Source: Nageia nagi (lineage: Eukaryota > Plantae > Pinophyta). Taken from it: a stretch of DNA of 64,000 bases. Within the stretch, counting starts at the first letter, position 1, and each line of letters begins with the position of its first letter. The notes under the pieces were generated by a model, which saw only the letters and a program-made list of their open reading frames with translations, did not search any database and was not told the DNA's origin. The DNA lies in NCBI GenBank assembly GCA_050084985.1, contig JBITNC010000001.1:27714001-27778000 (forward strand). Direction: 5' to 3'. A program made the position numbers and the translations under genes. Positions 1 to 13,000 of the stretch are shown here, piece by piece.

Positions 1-944
1 GCAAAAACTAGTAATGATGATATCAGAACAAAAAATAGATGAGAAAAAAACAAAAAAGAACAAACATTGCGTGAGGAATTTTATTTGTCCATGAGTGACC
101 AATGTCAGTCAATGGGACTTCAAACTACAAGCAAGATACCAATCAAGGAGGTGAATTGAAGTATCCACCACAAGAGAAAAAAAAACACCTGTGATGTGAA
201 ATGATAGGTGTCCTTACCAAGAAAACACAAACATCAAAAATCAAAAAAACTAAGAAATTATATGGTCCAAGCTAAAAACCACCCCAGAAGACAGAAGAGA
301 CACTAGTTATAAGTGCTTGCCGCAAGACAAAAGTCCATAGAATCATCAATTCCTGAATACTCCCCAATCCAGAGTCTGATAATCAAATTCAGGCAAATTT
401 TGAACTAAGTGAAGCTACTTTGTTATTCATAAGACTATATTGTCTCTAAGCAATATTAAAATACGTAATCCAACTGACATGTTAAAACCTGTTCAGGATT
501 CTATAAACTAGAAAATGACCTAACGCTAATGATACCACCAAACCAAACATAGAATAAACTAAATCCATATTATAATATTAGTAAGCAGAATATGTTCAAA
601 CATGTTGTAACCAATATCTGTAGCTAACAAGCTTAGGTCTAATCATTGCTGAAGTACTGAGTGATAGGAGAAGCAAGATTATCATCAAGTACTCCAAAAG
701 AACTGATATGAATGGTTGATAGTTTGGTATGCATGGACTTAGTTTTGAATTTGCATATCTGAATGTCATTAATAGTTTTTTAAGTTAAAAATAAATTGAA
801 GTATTATTTTATTTTCATGCATAAGAGCGTTCTATACACACAAATCTGAAGCCCATCATAATATAAGCATATTATCAAATTCATATCCATGCAATGCATC
901 TCACAATATCATATTAAAAGGATGTATAGCTTGAACCACTGTAC

Positions 945-1094
945 CTGAGCCATAATTACAATCAAAGCCACTTGACGTACATAGCAACTTTTCCCACCCA
1001 TGTTTGGTCCAGTAATTATCTGGCAATGCTCACTGCTTCCTTGCAAAAAAGTATCATTTGGTACAAAACTCTCCTGTAAAGTTGACTCTAATAC
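945..1094 (-). CDS. MSH3: MSH3 exon 10 (ATPase Walker A)
   Basis: CAG|GTA...CAG|GTAC, 150 nt, [14 protein letters not shown]...[25 protein letters not shown]. Confidence 0.95.
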
Positions 1095-4000
1095 CTGTAA
1101 TAAATTGCCACTTTAGCAGAACCAACATTTTTATTTAGTAATCAAGCTATATGTTCTTCAAACTTCATTCAGAACTGTGCAAGAAAGTGAAGCTTACTGG
1201 ATGTCTACCAGCTTCAATATACAATTGAGTCAGTTCACTGTCTTCAACAAAGGCTGGTTGAACATAGCCCTACAAATAACATAACATGAGGAGAATAAAT
1301 AGTTATCAATGATTCAGTATCACTAAACGTATACACAGTCTGAAGCATTTCCACTATAGTATAAACTCAAATCCTTTACAAAATGAATCCATGTTGCAGA
1401 CAAATGTTTTCTAATCGTCTAAGCAGTAACCTGCTTCCGTGATAGAATAGCAAGTGAATGAAGACAGTCTAATGCAGCAATGGCTTGCACAGCAGCACGG
1501 AAGTCCATGAAGTGAGTTGCGAATTCTGCAAGAAAAGCATCCCAGGCCTTTGAACATGCTACAGTCAATTCCTCTTTAGCTATAGCCAACTTATCTAGAG
1601 CTTCTAAGACCTCAGGAGGATGATATCGGTTTGTCTTTTTGGTGCTACTGACTTTGATCCAATTGCAAGGTACTCTTGTAGCAGATGGCACCTGCAAAAA
1701 TGCATTATGTTTAATCTTAATAAATATAGAGGAAAAAACAGCCATATTATTACACCCAAAGTAAGCTGACTCAAAGCTTTCTTTTGTTTTCTTTCAATTG
1801 ATGTAAGAGCAGCCACAGATATCTTACAGACGTTCTAATCCCACCAAAAGATATTGCAAGTGCAGCCAAGCCACGTATAAAATCACAAAATGGACTACCC
1901 TTCATCATGTGCACCATTCTTATTAGATTTACATGTCACACTTGACATTCATACAAGTGTTATGCAGGTTATAAGCAAGGGCCCTTGGGTCTGTAGAACT
2001 AGACTTATTGTGTCTCTTGCTAGTACAAAGAATTCTGAACTAGCAAATAGTTTAAGCTCCACTCTTGGACAGCCATTTAAATCCAAAGCTTACCTATGGC
2101 TCACAAGCCAGGCAACCTGAACAGATATGCATTACCAGACTCTTATCTGCAGGATCGTTTATCTAGTAGGGGACTCTCCAGAAGATATGATGTGTTATTC
2201 TCTTTTAGTGCAAAATTACATAGGGGTGGGTCCCACCAATGTCTCCACCCCCTCAAACCCTAAAAGTTGTTAGAACTTAACAAGCACATTGTAACAAAAT
2301 AACAGAAATATGAAAAAAAAAAAAAGTTGTAGGGACGGTAAAAAAATTGACCAGGGGCTACCGCCCCTAGACCCCTGCAAGGGGACCAAGGCTGGCCTCT
2401 CCTGCAACCATGTAAAAGAACATTATAGATTTTGATATTGACTTCACCTCCTAACAAAAGTGACACTATATATGCATGCAAAGACAAATGCACTTCATTT
2501 TATGCTCACTTTTGGCATATTGATTTGACATATTCATGTCAAAGTCTAGTCCATGCATTTACTTTGTACTATTTAGTTCTACAGTTATGCTACTATGATT
2601 TCAGACTTCAGAATTTTTTATTTGAGATTTCACATTTATCATTATTTACTAGACCAATTCAGACTCAATGACATTCTGTGATGATTACGTCTGCAATCTT
2701 ATGATCATTGATTATGACTCATTTTGATATTTTAATTCATACTTGATTTCTAATTTCAGTTCCAAGTTTTATATACATGATTGAATTGATAACAATAATG
2801 AATTAGAAACAATGAAATTTTAAAAGCTTAAAAATTCCAGGATTTTTTACTAGTATTATACTAGTTGTTCCCCTGCCATTTCCGGGCCATTGCCTAAAAA
2901 TGACCTTCGTCATTCCCGTTCCCAGGGCGTTCCCTAAAAATGACCTTAACCTTGATTATCTCATAGGGCAAAACCTAAATTGTTCAATCAAATCGTCATA
3001 GTTTCAAACATTTGTTGTCATCTCATAGGGCAAAACCTAAATTGTTCAATCAAATCATCATAGTTTCAAACATTTGTTGTCTTAAAAGTTGAGTGAATCG
3101 CCATCCAAATGGGTTAGCAAAAATGAAGGATTTGATTTAAAATTTCAACATAGCTAGGAAATTAATAATATTGTCATTGATTCATCTAGGCTACCAGAGC
3201 TACACGCCATTGCTACAACAAGTCCAGGATGAAGGGAAGAGATATTGGCTGAATACAGTAATGATGAAAGAGTCATCACCATGCTTCAAGAACCAGGAAA
3301 AGTGCATGAAAGAGACAATAGGTACACATTTTTAAGAGATCCAATCTTTTACAAGAATCATATTTTTCTGCTACCCAATCCCAAGTTCAAGACAAAGGCC
3401 CTATTTGAATACCAATCCTTATCTAGTGTTGGTCATGTGAGCTTTTTTAGAATCTTATACAGCATAAGAAATAAATTCCTTTGGAAAGTCTTAAATATGA
3501 TGTGAAAAACTTTGTGGTATTTTGTGAGACTTGCCAAAAAAACAAAGCTGAATCTGTAACAAGTTTATTACAACCTCTATGTATTCCCAATCATAAATTG
3601 GAATCAGTTACCATGGATTTCATTACAAAGTTGCCTAAGGTGGGAGGTAAGAGCTCTAAATATGTTATTATGTAGTGATTAACTGATTGACTAGGTATGC
3701 ACATTGTACATCCATGAATGTCACAGGCCTTAATAAATCTTAATTTGACAATTTATAAAATGCAACATATTTACAAATTGCATGGCCTCCCAAAGAATAT
3801 TGTTAATGATAGAGACCCAATTTTTATGAGCAATTTTTGAAAGAGCTATTCAAAAGTGTTAGGCAAAACATTCACTCCAAGTATCAGTTATGAAACCCAA
3901 ACCACTGAGCAACAGAGATTGTTATCAAATGTTTGTAAGGATACTTGAGGAATTAGGTTGCAATCCAGCGTACCTCTTGGCCTAAATGGTTGTACCTCAA

Positions 4001-7000
4001 AGTGAATTGGCATAAACTATAATGCTACCCGTCAAATTAGGATGCCACCTTTTTAAGGCCCTTTAAAGCTATGAACCACCCTTGCTAATCGATTTGGCCA
4101 TTAAAGATGCACAAATGCCATCTTATAAAGATTTCTTTGAAGGAAGTAAGCACATTTTGAATCGGCTAAAATGACACCGAGTTGGCCCAAAACAAGCATC
4201 AAAGTCAGAAAGAGTTTGACATCAGTGATTGGATTTTCTCGAAGTTGCAGCCCAATGAACAAAGGTTGATAAGCAAAAAAGGAATAGAGAAACTTGGACT
4301 TGAATATATGGATCTTACAAGATATTGGCATGTGTGAAACTGGTTGCATACACTATTGAGCTAGAAAGAGGAGTTCAAATACACAATACATTTCAAGTCT
4401 GACATTGAAAAAGAGTCAAAACTTCTACTGTGTTGCCACCCCTGATGATGAAGGCCGTATTGATTCTAGAATGCATTTTGGTACCTAATAGAAGGAACTT
4501 CCTTTAGAAGATGCAACATGACAAAATCGAAAAATTCTGCAACATTTCAACATTGCAATTACTTTGAGAGCAAAGCGATTTGAGGAAGAAGGGACTGTTA
4601 TGATTCTCAATTGTAGTACCCTTCTTAACTTGCCCAGATTTGCCACCAATACCTGAGTCTTAGATCCAAGACTAGATGTTGTCCTACTCCATCACAAGAG
4701 ATTTTTTGAACCACTGCTACTCCTAATAATCAAGAAAATCAAAGAGTTGATAAGCGTTGGAGCATCATATGGGAAACAAATTGCTGCTGAAGCCTGTGGC
4801 ACTTGCCTAAAAGATGAGCTGACAGGAAGAGAGTGAAGTAGACTATGGCAATCTAATAGAATAGACAGTGATGAATATCAATGTTTCACCCACCAATACA
4901 TTAAGATAATGCCCAAGGATATTAATAGGTTTACACACATCTCCAATGAATTGTTACAAGTGACTATGTCATACTGGTGGACGAATCTTGTAGTTCTGAA
5001 GTATCCAGCTACAATACAAGAGAACCAACGATGAAGGGCTCTACTCTTTTTCCACCTGACTCTTTCATCTTAAAGATCATTGATTTCCCTTCTCCGACCA
5101 TCCTGTACAATTGGAAGGAAGTGCATTAGCAATTCCCCTCCTCGGATTAGGATATATGGTCGGTTTGTGACCCCTAGATGCCAAAGGCATCCTTGGGGCG
5201 ATCTCGTAGTTACTACGGGGAGATAATGGGGTCGGTTCATGGCATGGCTTTTCCTTCTGCCACATTTTGATCAAAGGGTTTAAAGGAGATAGTGCATCAA
5301 GTTGTTAGCAAGGGCCAACTTGATCCTCTTCCCAAGGATCCAAAGGATGGGGCCCTAGGAGAGTCATTGACTCTAACTATCATCCATGTACAACCCATAC
5401 TAGATCTAAGCAACTACCAACCCTACCTTCTCTATGCCCTTGAGGAGCGCATCTCAACGTAGAGTTTTTCAATAATTTGGACTCAGACAACCATGGGTTG
5501 CCCAAAGTATCTTGATTACAAAAAATTGTGCTAGGACTTGTGAGCATTAATGCTTTGATATTGTCATGAAAGAGCAAAGTTTGAAGATACATGGCTGACA
5601 ATCCCATAGTATACAAATTATCCGAATAAACGCGTATTTATCATTTATTCCCGTTTAAACATCGTATTCTTCTTAAAAAATATTCTTCTTTGTGTTTTCC
5701 CCCCTTTTTTCCCTTTTTTTAATTTGGCCTGGAGCTATTTTTTACCAAACCCGAATTTGTATACACTAGTCTATAAGGACATTGACTCCTTTGAAAAAAA
5801 TTTAATATGGTGAAATTGCCAAAGTATAAAGAAGTTGCACAACCTACAATATGGTCCATCAATGTAACATGTGCAAGTAATTCGCCTTGCAATTTGAATT
5901 CCTCCCATACAAAAACAATCCATAGAAATGGGATTTGTCCACTTTTACAAAGAAGGTAGAAATAGAAATAGAAATATTATTAATGTCCTCGGGTGACCAA
6001 AATAGGTCAATGGGACTCAAAAAGTACAATCTACTTAAATGTAGGAAATGTTGGGGTGAAAAACCCCAAAAACCAATAAAACAAAAGCAAAAAGCACTAA
6101 AGCTACGCTACATTACATCGAGAAACAAAAAAAAAAACCAACATCCTCAATCATCAAATGTAGACCCGATCACTCTAGGTACAAAGGGCCCCGAACTGGA
6201 AGGGCTAAGCAAGGCTCACGAGTCTCTCTCAACATCTAAGACCAAAGGATCACCCATGGAGGAAAAGAATTCAATGATGTACATCTATCGTCCGAGCTGT
6301 GACTATCTAGTAGCGGTCTGAGGGCAAGATAGCATCGTGTCGATCTGAGCTTGTGAGATGCGGAAGAGTACCATTTGGAGGGTGTTTCCTATTCGTGGGA
6401 CTCGAGGTAGGCTGGAAGAAAGAACTAATCAACATGCTGGTTTGAGGGGCTTTCATGAATCTTTGTAAGGATACTTGCCTGAGAAGAGTAATCTCACACA
6501 CGAAGAGTGCTAGACATCTCTGGTCAGGGTAGCGAAAGAAGGTGGATACTGATCCCTAAGACTCTGAATAAGCTGTAATATCACCCTCGGATCTCATAGT
6601 AGATGGGACATCTGAAGATTAGGTGCTCCTTGTTCTCTATCTCCTGTAGAGAACAAAGTTGGCAAGTCCTATCTGTAGAAGAAACAAATGCTATATACAC
6701 TCTCCTTTCATAAAATTTCTTTTCTCATGGATACTGGAAATTGTGATTCAAAACAACCTCTAAAGTGCCACCATTGATTATCTATAATGTGGGGAGCTGA
6801 AAGACCACGTAGCCCAAAATACAGTTTCTCCACATTGTTCCAGAACAAAACCTCAATTCTATCCAGAACATTACAAGAATATGGAACTCAATTCCTAGAC
6901 CTCTGAGCACGATGGTATGACCATGCACTATTGACCGAAGTACTTCTTCATAGAATTAAGAAAATATATATAGGCTGATATAGCCTTACAATAGTGTGAG

Positions 7001-10000
7001 AGAAATCCTCTCCAAATCAACTAAAAATTGAAATATGTTATACGTGAACAAGTCTACCTAGAGAATAGTAAGAAAGGTTTATCTAATCCTAATTCCTAGG
7101 CATAGTCACATTTGACCATGTGTTTATTAATAATCACTATCTAATATATTACAAACTATATATTAGATATTAATCTAACATTCTCCCCCTTAAAGATGAG
7201 AGGGCTGACCAAGCAATCTCTCAACTTTAAAAATTGAGCTTTGGCAATGCCTTTAGTGAAGATATCTGCAATGTTGTCCAGAGTACTGCAATGCTTTAGC
7301 TCAACCACTTTCTTGTCCACCATGTCTCGAATGAAATGATATTTCATGTCAAAGTGCTTTGATCTTTTATGGTGGATTGGATTGTATGCCAACTGGATGG
7401 CACTCATGTTGTCACTGTATAGGATGGTAGGATCATTCTGTTGTTCACCAATCTCTTCAAGTATCTTTCGTAGCCATAAGACTTGGGTACTAGCATGTGT
7501 CACTGCTATGTATTCAGCCTCAGTAGATGATAGAGCTACAACTGTCTGCTTCTTTGAACACCAAGAAATAAGCCCTAACCCAAGACTGAAACAATTTCCT
7601 AAAGTAGACTTTCTATCATCAATGTTACTTCCCCAATCACTGTCACTGAAACCAACCAACTTTGCAACATCTGTTTTGTAGTAGTGAATCCCATAATCCA
7701 CTGTACCTTTTACATACCTCAAGATTCTCTTAGCTGCTTGTAGATGAAGTTCTGATGGATCAGCCATATACCTTGAAACTAGGGAAACTGCATACTGAAT
7801 ATCTGGCCTTGTATTGGTGAGAAACATTAGACTTCCAACTATACTTCTGTAATTTGTCTTGTCAACTTTTGATGCTCCATCTTCTTTGCATAATTGAATC
7901 CCATGTCCTATCGGAGTTGCAACTGGTGTGCACTTCTCCATAGCAAACTTCTTGAGCATGTCCTGAGCATACTTAAGTTGACAAATGAAAATCTCATTCT
8001 CCTTTTGATGTATTTCCATGCCTAGGAAATAATGCATCAAGCCTAGATCTGTCATCTCGAATTCTTGCATCATAGAATTCTGGAAATCCTTATTCAGTTT
8101 GTTACTACTACCCATGAATATAAGATCATCCACATACAAACACACAATTAGGATATCTTTACCTTTGTTCATGTAGTAGAGTGTCAGTTCAATTTTGCTC
8201 CTAGTGAAACCGTATTTAGTGAAGTAGCCATCAATGCGAGAGTACCATGCCCTTGGAGCCTGTTTCAAACCATATAATGACTTCTTCAACTTGTAGACAA
8301 GGTTCTCCTTACCTTGTTCTACAAATCCTTGAGGTTGGTTCACATAAACCTCCTCATTCAAATATCCATTCAGAAATGCACTCTTAACATCCATATGCTG
8401 GATGTTCCATCCTTTATGAGCAACCAATGAGAGTGCTAATCTGCTGGTCTCTTGTCGAGCGACAGGAGCAAATGTTTCCTCATAGTCAAATCCATACTTT
8501 TGAGTAAAACCTTTTGCTACTAGTCTTGCTTTGTGTTTATCAATGCTTCCATCAGGTTTGAGTTTAGTCTTATAGACCCATTTGCAACCAACACATTTCT
8601 TGCCTTGTGGAAGCTCAACTAGCTCCCATATGTCGTTCTTGTTGATGGAGTTGATTTCTGCCTGCATAGCTTCCTGCCATATATCAGACTCACATGGCTG
8701 GACTTGAGATGTATTTTCATGATGAGATCCATCATCAGTATACAACTTTTGATGACCCCAGACTCCCCCTTCATCGAAAATCACATCTCGAGAAATCACA
8801 ACCTTATTTGTGTGGGGATTATAGAGTCTATAGGCTTTTGTAGACTCACAGTATCCAAGGAAAATGCAAGCTTGACTTTTGGGATCAAGTTTTTGTCTTT
8901 TCTCATCTGGAATATGTGCATATGCAAGACAACCAAAAACACAAAAATGTTTGACATTTGGTTTCTTGCCATACCATCCCTCATAGGGAGTGATGCCATC
9001 TAAGCTGAAAGTAGGACACCGATTCAGAATGTACACACTGGTTCTGACAGCTTCAACCCAATACATATTACTGAGCCTTTTTGACTGTAGCATGGATCTG
9101 GTCATTTCAATAATGGTGCGATTTTTCCTTTCAGCCACACCATTTTGTTGAGGAGTGTAAGAAGCGGTATATTGCCTTTTTATCCCAACATCCTTACAAA
9201 ATTGTAGAAATTCCTTCGAGCAAAATTCTCCTCCATTATCAGTTCTTAGGCATTTAACAAGAAAACCACTTTGTTTTTCTGAATCATTCTTGAAATCTTG
9301 AAAACATGCAAATGCTTGATCCTTAGTCTGCAAAAAGTAGACCCAACATAGTCTGGTGAAATCATCAATAAATGTAAGAAAGTACCGATGATTACCCCAA
9401 CTTTCGATTTGCATCGACCCACAAATGTCTGAATGGACCAACTGTAATGGATAACTGGCTCGCCATGCTTCATCTTTTGGAAACTTTGTACGTGCGTGCT
9501 TTCCCAAAGCACATCCTTCGCATACCTCCTCCTTCGGAGCTTGAACTTTTGGTAGTCCACAGACCATATTTTGTGAAGTTAACAACTTCAAACTGTCAAA
9601 GTTGAGATGACCATATCGCAAATGCCAAAGTACACTTGGATTCTCAATGGTTACATTAGCAAGTTGGGCATTATCATGTTCCCCAAATTTCAGAGGAAAT
9701 AATCTATTCTTGGTCATAGATACAGTAGTAACAACTCTATTACCATTATTTTTATCAGAAATGACACAAGCGCCATCTTCAAAAACAAGTTTATAATTTT
9801 TTTCCATCATTTGTCCTACACTAAGCAAATTATGCTTGAGATGTGGAGTGTAATAGATGTCATGTACCTTTTTGATGCCTTCCTTGGTTGGTACCTCCAT
9901 GGCGCCCATGCCTGCAACTTGAAGCTCTTTGTCATCGCCCAATCTGATGTGTGACTTATAAGAGGAATCTACCTTGGAAAATAGTTCCTTCTTCCCAATC

Positions 10001-13000
10001 ATATGATTTGAGCAACCCGTATCCAAAATCCAAGTTGTATTGAGATTTTGATGTGATTGGTCATAGGTGAGAAACAAATTTGAAGATGAGGCTGCTTCCT
10101 CTTCTCCATAATTTGCATTGGATTTCCCTTCATTGGATGCTTTCAGTCGGCATTCTCAAGCATAGTGACCAAGTTTGTGACAATAATGACATTCTTTGTT
10201 AGATTTGTCACCTCCTCTTCCTCTGAATGATTGTCCTCCTCAGTTACCACTTTGATTACCACCTGCTCCTTGGCCAGGTGCTTGGGATCCTCCCCCTCGA
10301 GATTGACCACCTCCACGGGATCTACATCCTCTGCCTCGTTTCTTACCTCTGCCTTGACCTCGTCCTTGGGTTGAAAAAGCTTTATCCTCACCCCCAAAGG
10401 GTGAAGGATCTTCCAGTCGTTCCTCATGAGATGTCAAGGAACCGATTAGTGCATCAAAAGTGAGGGTAGAAAGATCTTTCGACTCCTCAATGATGATTGC
10501 AATATGGTTCCATTTTCGAGGAAGTGTTCTCAACACTTTCTTCACAACAACTTCCGGCTTCACTTCCTCACCAAGTGTTTCCATTTGGTCAACAATTGCT
10601 TTGACTCGAACACAATAGTCACCAACTGCCTCATCCTCTTTCATTCTCAGATTTTCAAATTCCCTTTTGAACATCTGAAGTCTCACTTGTTTTACTTGTG
10701 CGTTACCTTGATAAGCATCTTTTAATGCTTTCCATGCTTGAAGAGCAATCGTACATGAAGCAATCCTAGAAAACAAGTTTTCTGCCAAGGCTGATTGAAT
10801 ATGTGATAGGGCTAACGAGTCCTTTTTCTGATCCTTCTTTTGCTTTTCTTGCAGCTTCGTTCAAGACAGACCAATCAACAGGCTCAATGTAGCCCGTGTT
10901 TACAATATTCCATAGTCCCTTTCCAATGAGTAATGTCTTCATCCGAATTGACCAATACTCATATTTTGTACCATTAAACTCCGGAATGGGCAAAGAATTA
11001 TTAACACTAATCATTGTGTTAAAATAAAATTTTATTTATAGCTTTTGATGATGCTAAAATAAACAATAAATAGATATTATAGACAAATCATGCACTATAT
11101 CTCCCAGGGTACACTATAACCAAAGTTATCACCTTCAGAGGATTGATCTTCTCTATCAGCTACGTTCGGAATCTCCTCGTCACTATCTCTAACAATGATA
11201 GTTTCCGGCAGTTGAGGAGCAGGAGTATAGTCGTCACTATCATTGATAATAATCAACTCAGGTTCCACTAGTGCTGGAACAAACACTTCCACAGATTCAG
11301 ATTGTGCAATGCTTATGGGTTCCTCAGGAACGTAGTCTGGATCCTCAGTGTCGTTTGGAGTATAACCACTATCAAATGAATCTTCTTCTTCTGTGTCTCC
11401 CTCGTAACCCTCGTTGACAGTTTGGCACTGGATTACGTATTGTTTGATAGTTTCAAAAGCTGTATCAATACCATACACTCGAACTTCCTCGTCAAACAAT
11501 TCTGGAGATGCGTTGTCTACAAGATATTTTAATGCAGCAAAACACCCATTAGCTCTTATCATGTCGTGACAGCACTGCAGGCTTCTCTTCCTCAACACGT
11601 CCTCTCCAGGCTCAAACCATCACATTTTTTGAGTGATAGATTTCCACAAACAGTGACAACAGCCTGACCAACCAGATCAATTCAAATTACACATCAGTAC
11701 GTCCTCCAAATAATTGAACAGTAGGAGTAGATACCCAAACGTCTTTTCAGCACAGACGTCTTCTCCTTTGAGCTCCTCTCACCACGAGGTCTACAAATTC
11801 TTTTACAACCATGAACAACCTTAAACAACAGCAGTCGTTAGGCCTTCACTCGGACGTGGATCAGCTACCCTTCATGTCGTTTACAGCGTAACCATCTCTA
11901 CACGGAGTTTAACCTACATGGGGCTTTCCCTTTAGCCTCTTCTCACAGCGTGCGACTCCGGAATGGGTAGACTGTTATTATTGGAAGCCATTGATTGAAG
12001 AAGTAGGCTGTCTCCTCCTCACAACTACAATAAATACAGTAATCACAACAACAGAAAGATCGTTCTTCACAGCCGACATTCAAAATTTGTTAGAATCAGC
12101 ACTTCACGTCCTTCACATCCTTAGCACGTACGTGGGATCCTCCCTTCTACAGTGCACTTCCCTTTGTAGCCGCAACACGTCTCGTGCAGATTTCAACTTG
12201 AACACGTCTTCTTTACGTTTCACATAATGCACGAACATCAACATGGAAGTCAAGCAGTTGTATTTGTAGATCAATTCATCATTCCACGTCAGGCCTCAAC
12301 TGCAGGTTGAACGGTGTCTTCACTGCAGAAGTCTATGCATGTCTGACAGTTGGGAGCCTTTTCCTCACAAGGTTTCTCCTCTACACGTCAACAAAATTGC
12401 CAAGGGCAACACTTTACACCAAGGGATCTATTCACGTTACCAAGCAAGGTCTGAAATGGTTCAGATCTCTTCCTCTGGTGCAACAGATCATAGCAGATCT
12501 ACTTCTCAGTCTTTCCCAGCAGAGAAGCAATACCTTATTACTTCCCTCCACAAGACTATTCTCTGAAAACTATTGCTCAGGTTTATAATTCCTAGCAATG
12601 ATCTACACCTTAAAGCTCTGATACCATATTGACCGAAGTACTTCTTCATAGAATTAAGAAAATATATATAGGTTGATATAGCCTTACAATAGTGTGAGAG
12701 AAATCCTCTCCAAATCAACTAAAAATTGAAATATGCTATACGTGAACAAGTCTACCTAGAGAATAGTAAGAAAGGTTTATCTAATCCTAATTCCTAGGCA
12801 TAGTCACATTTGACCATGTGTTTATTAATAATCACTATCTAATATATTACAAACTATATATTAGATATTAATCTAACATGCCAACATCCTTTCCCAAAGA
12901 ATATGGTTGGAGAACTATTACTATTCAAAGACATGCACATATATGCCCAAGACAGATGTGAATATTAGTAAATCTTGTGTAGTGCTATATGTTAAAGTAT

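Larger units (their letters stand above)
6929..12878 (-). mobile_element. Full-length young Ty1/copia LTR retrotransposon in MSH3 intron 7, same orientation as the gene
   Basis: Two 252-bp LTRs with 2 mismatches; PBS TGGTATCAGAGC (tRNA-iMet) at 12626-12615; PPT AGGGGGAGAA at 7190-7181; domain order gag-PR-INT-RT-RH. Confidence 0.97.

Noticed and set aside
11781-11991. One continuous 298-aa ORF from the ATG at 11991 to 11095
   Set aside because: It is in frame, but has 8 stops in the first ~70 codons. That is too many for a young element, and frame agreement has a 1-in-3 chance.
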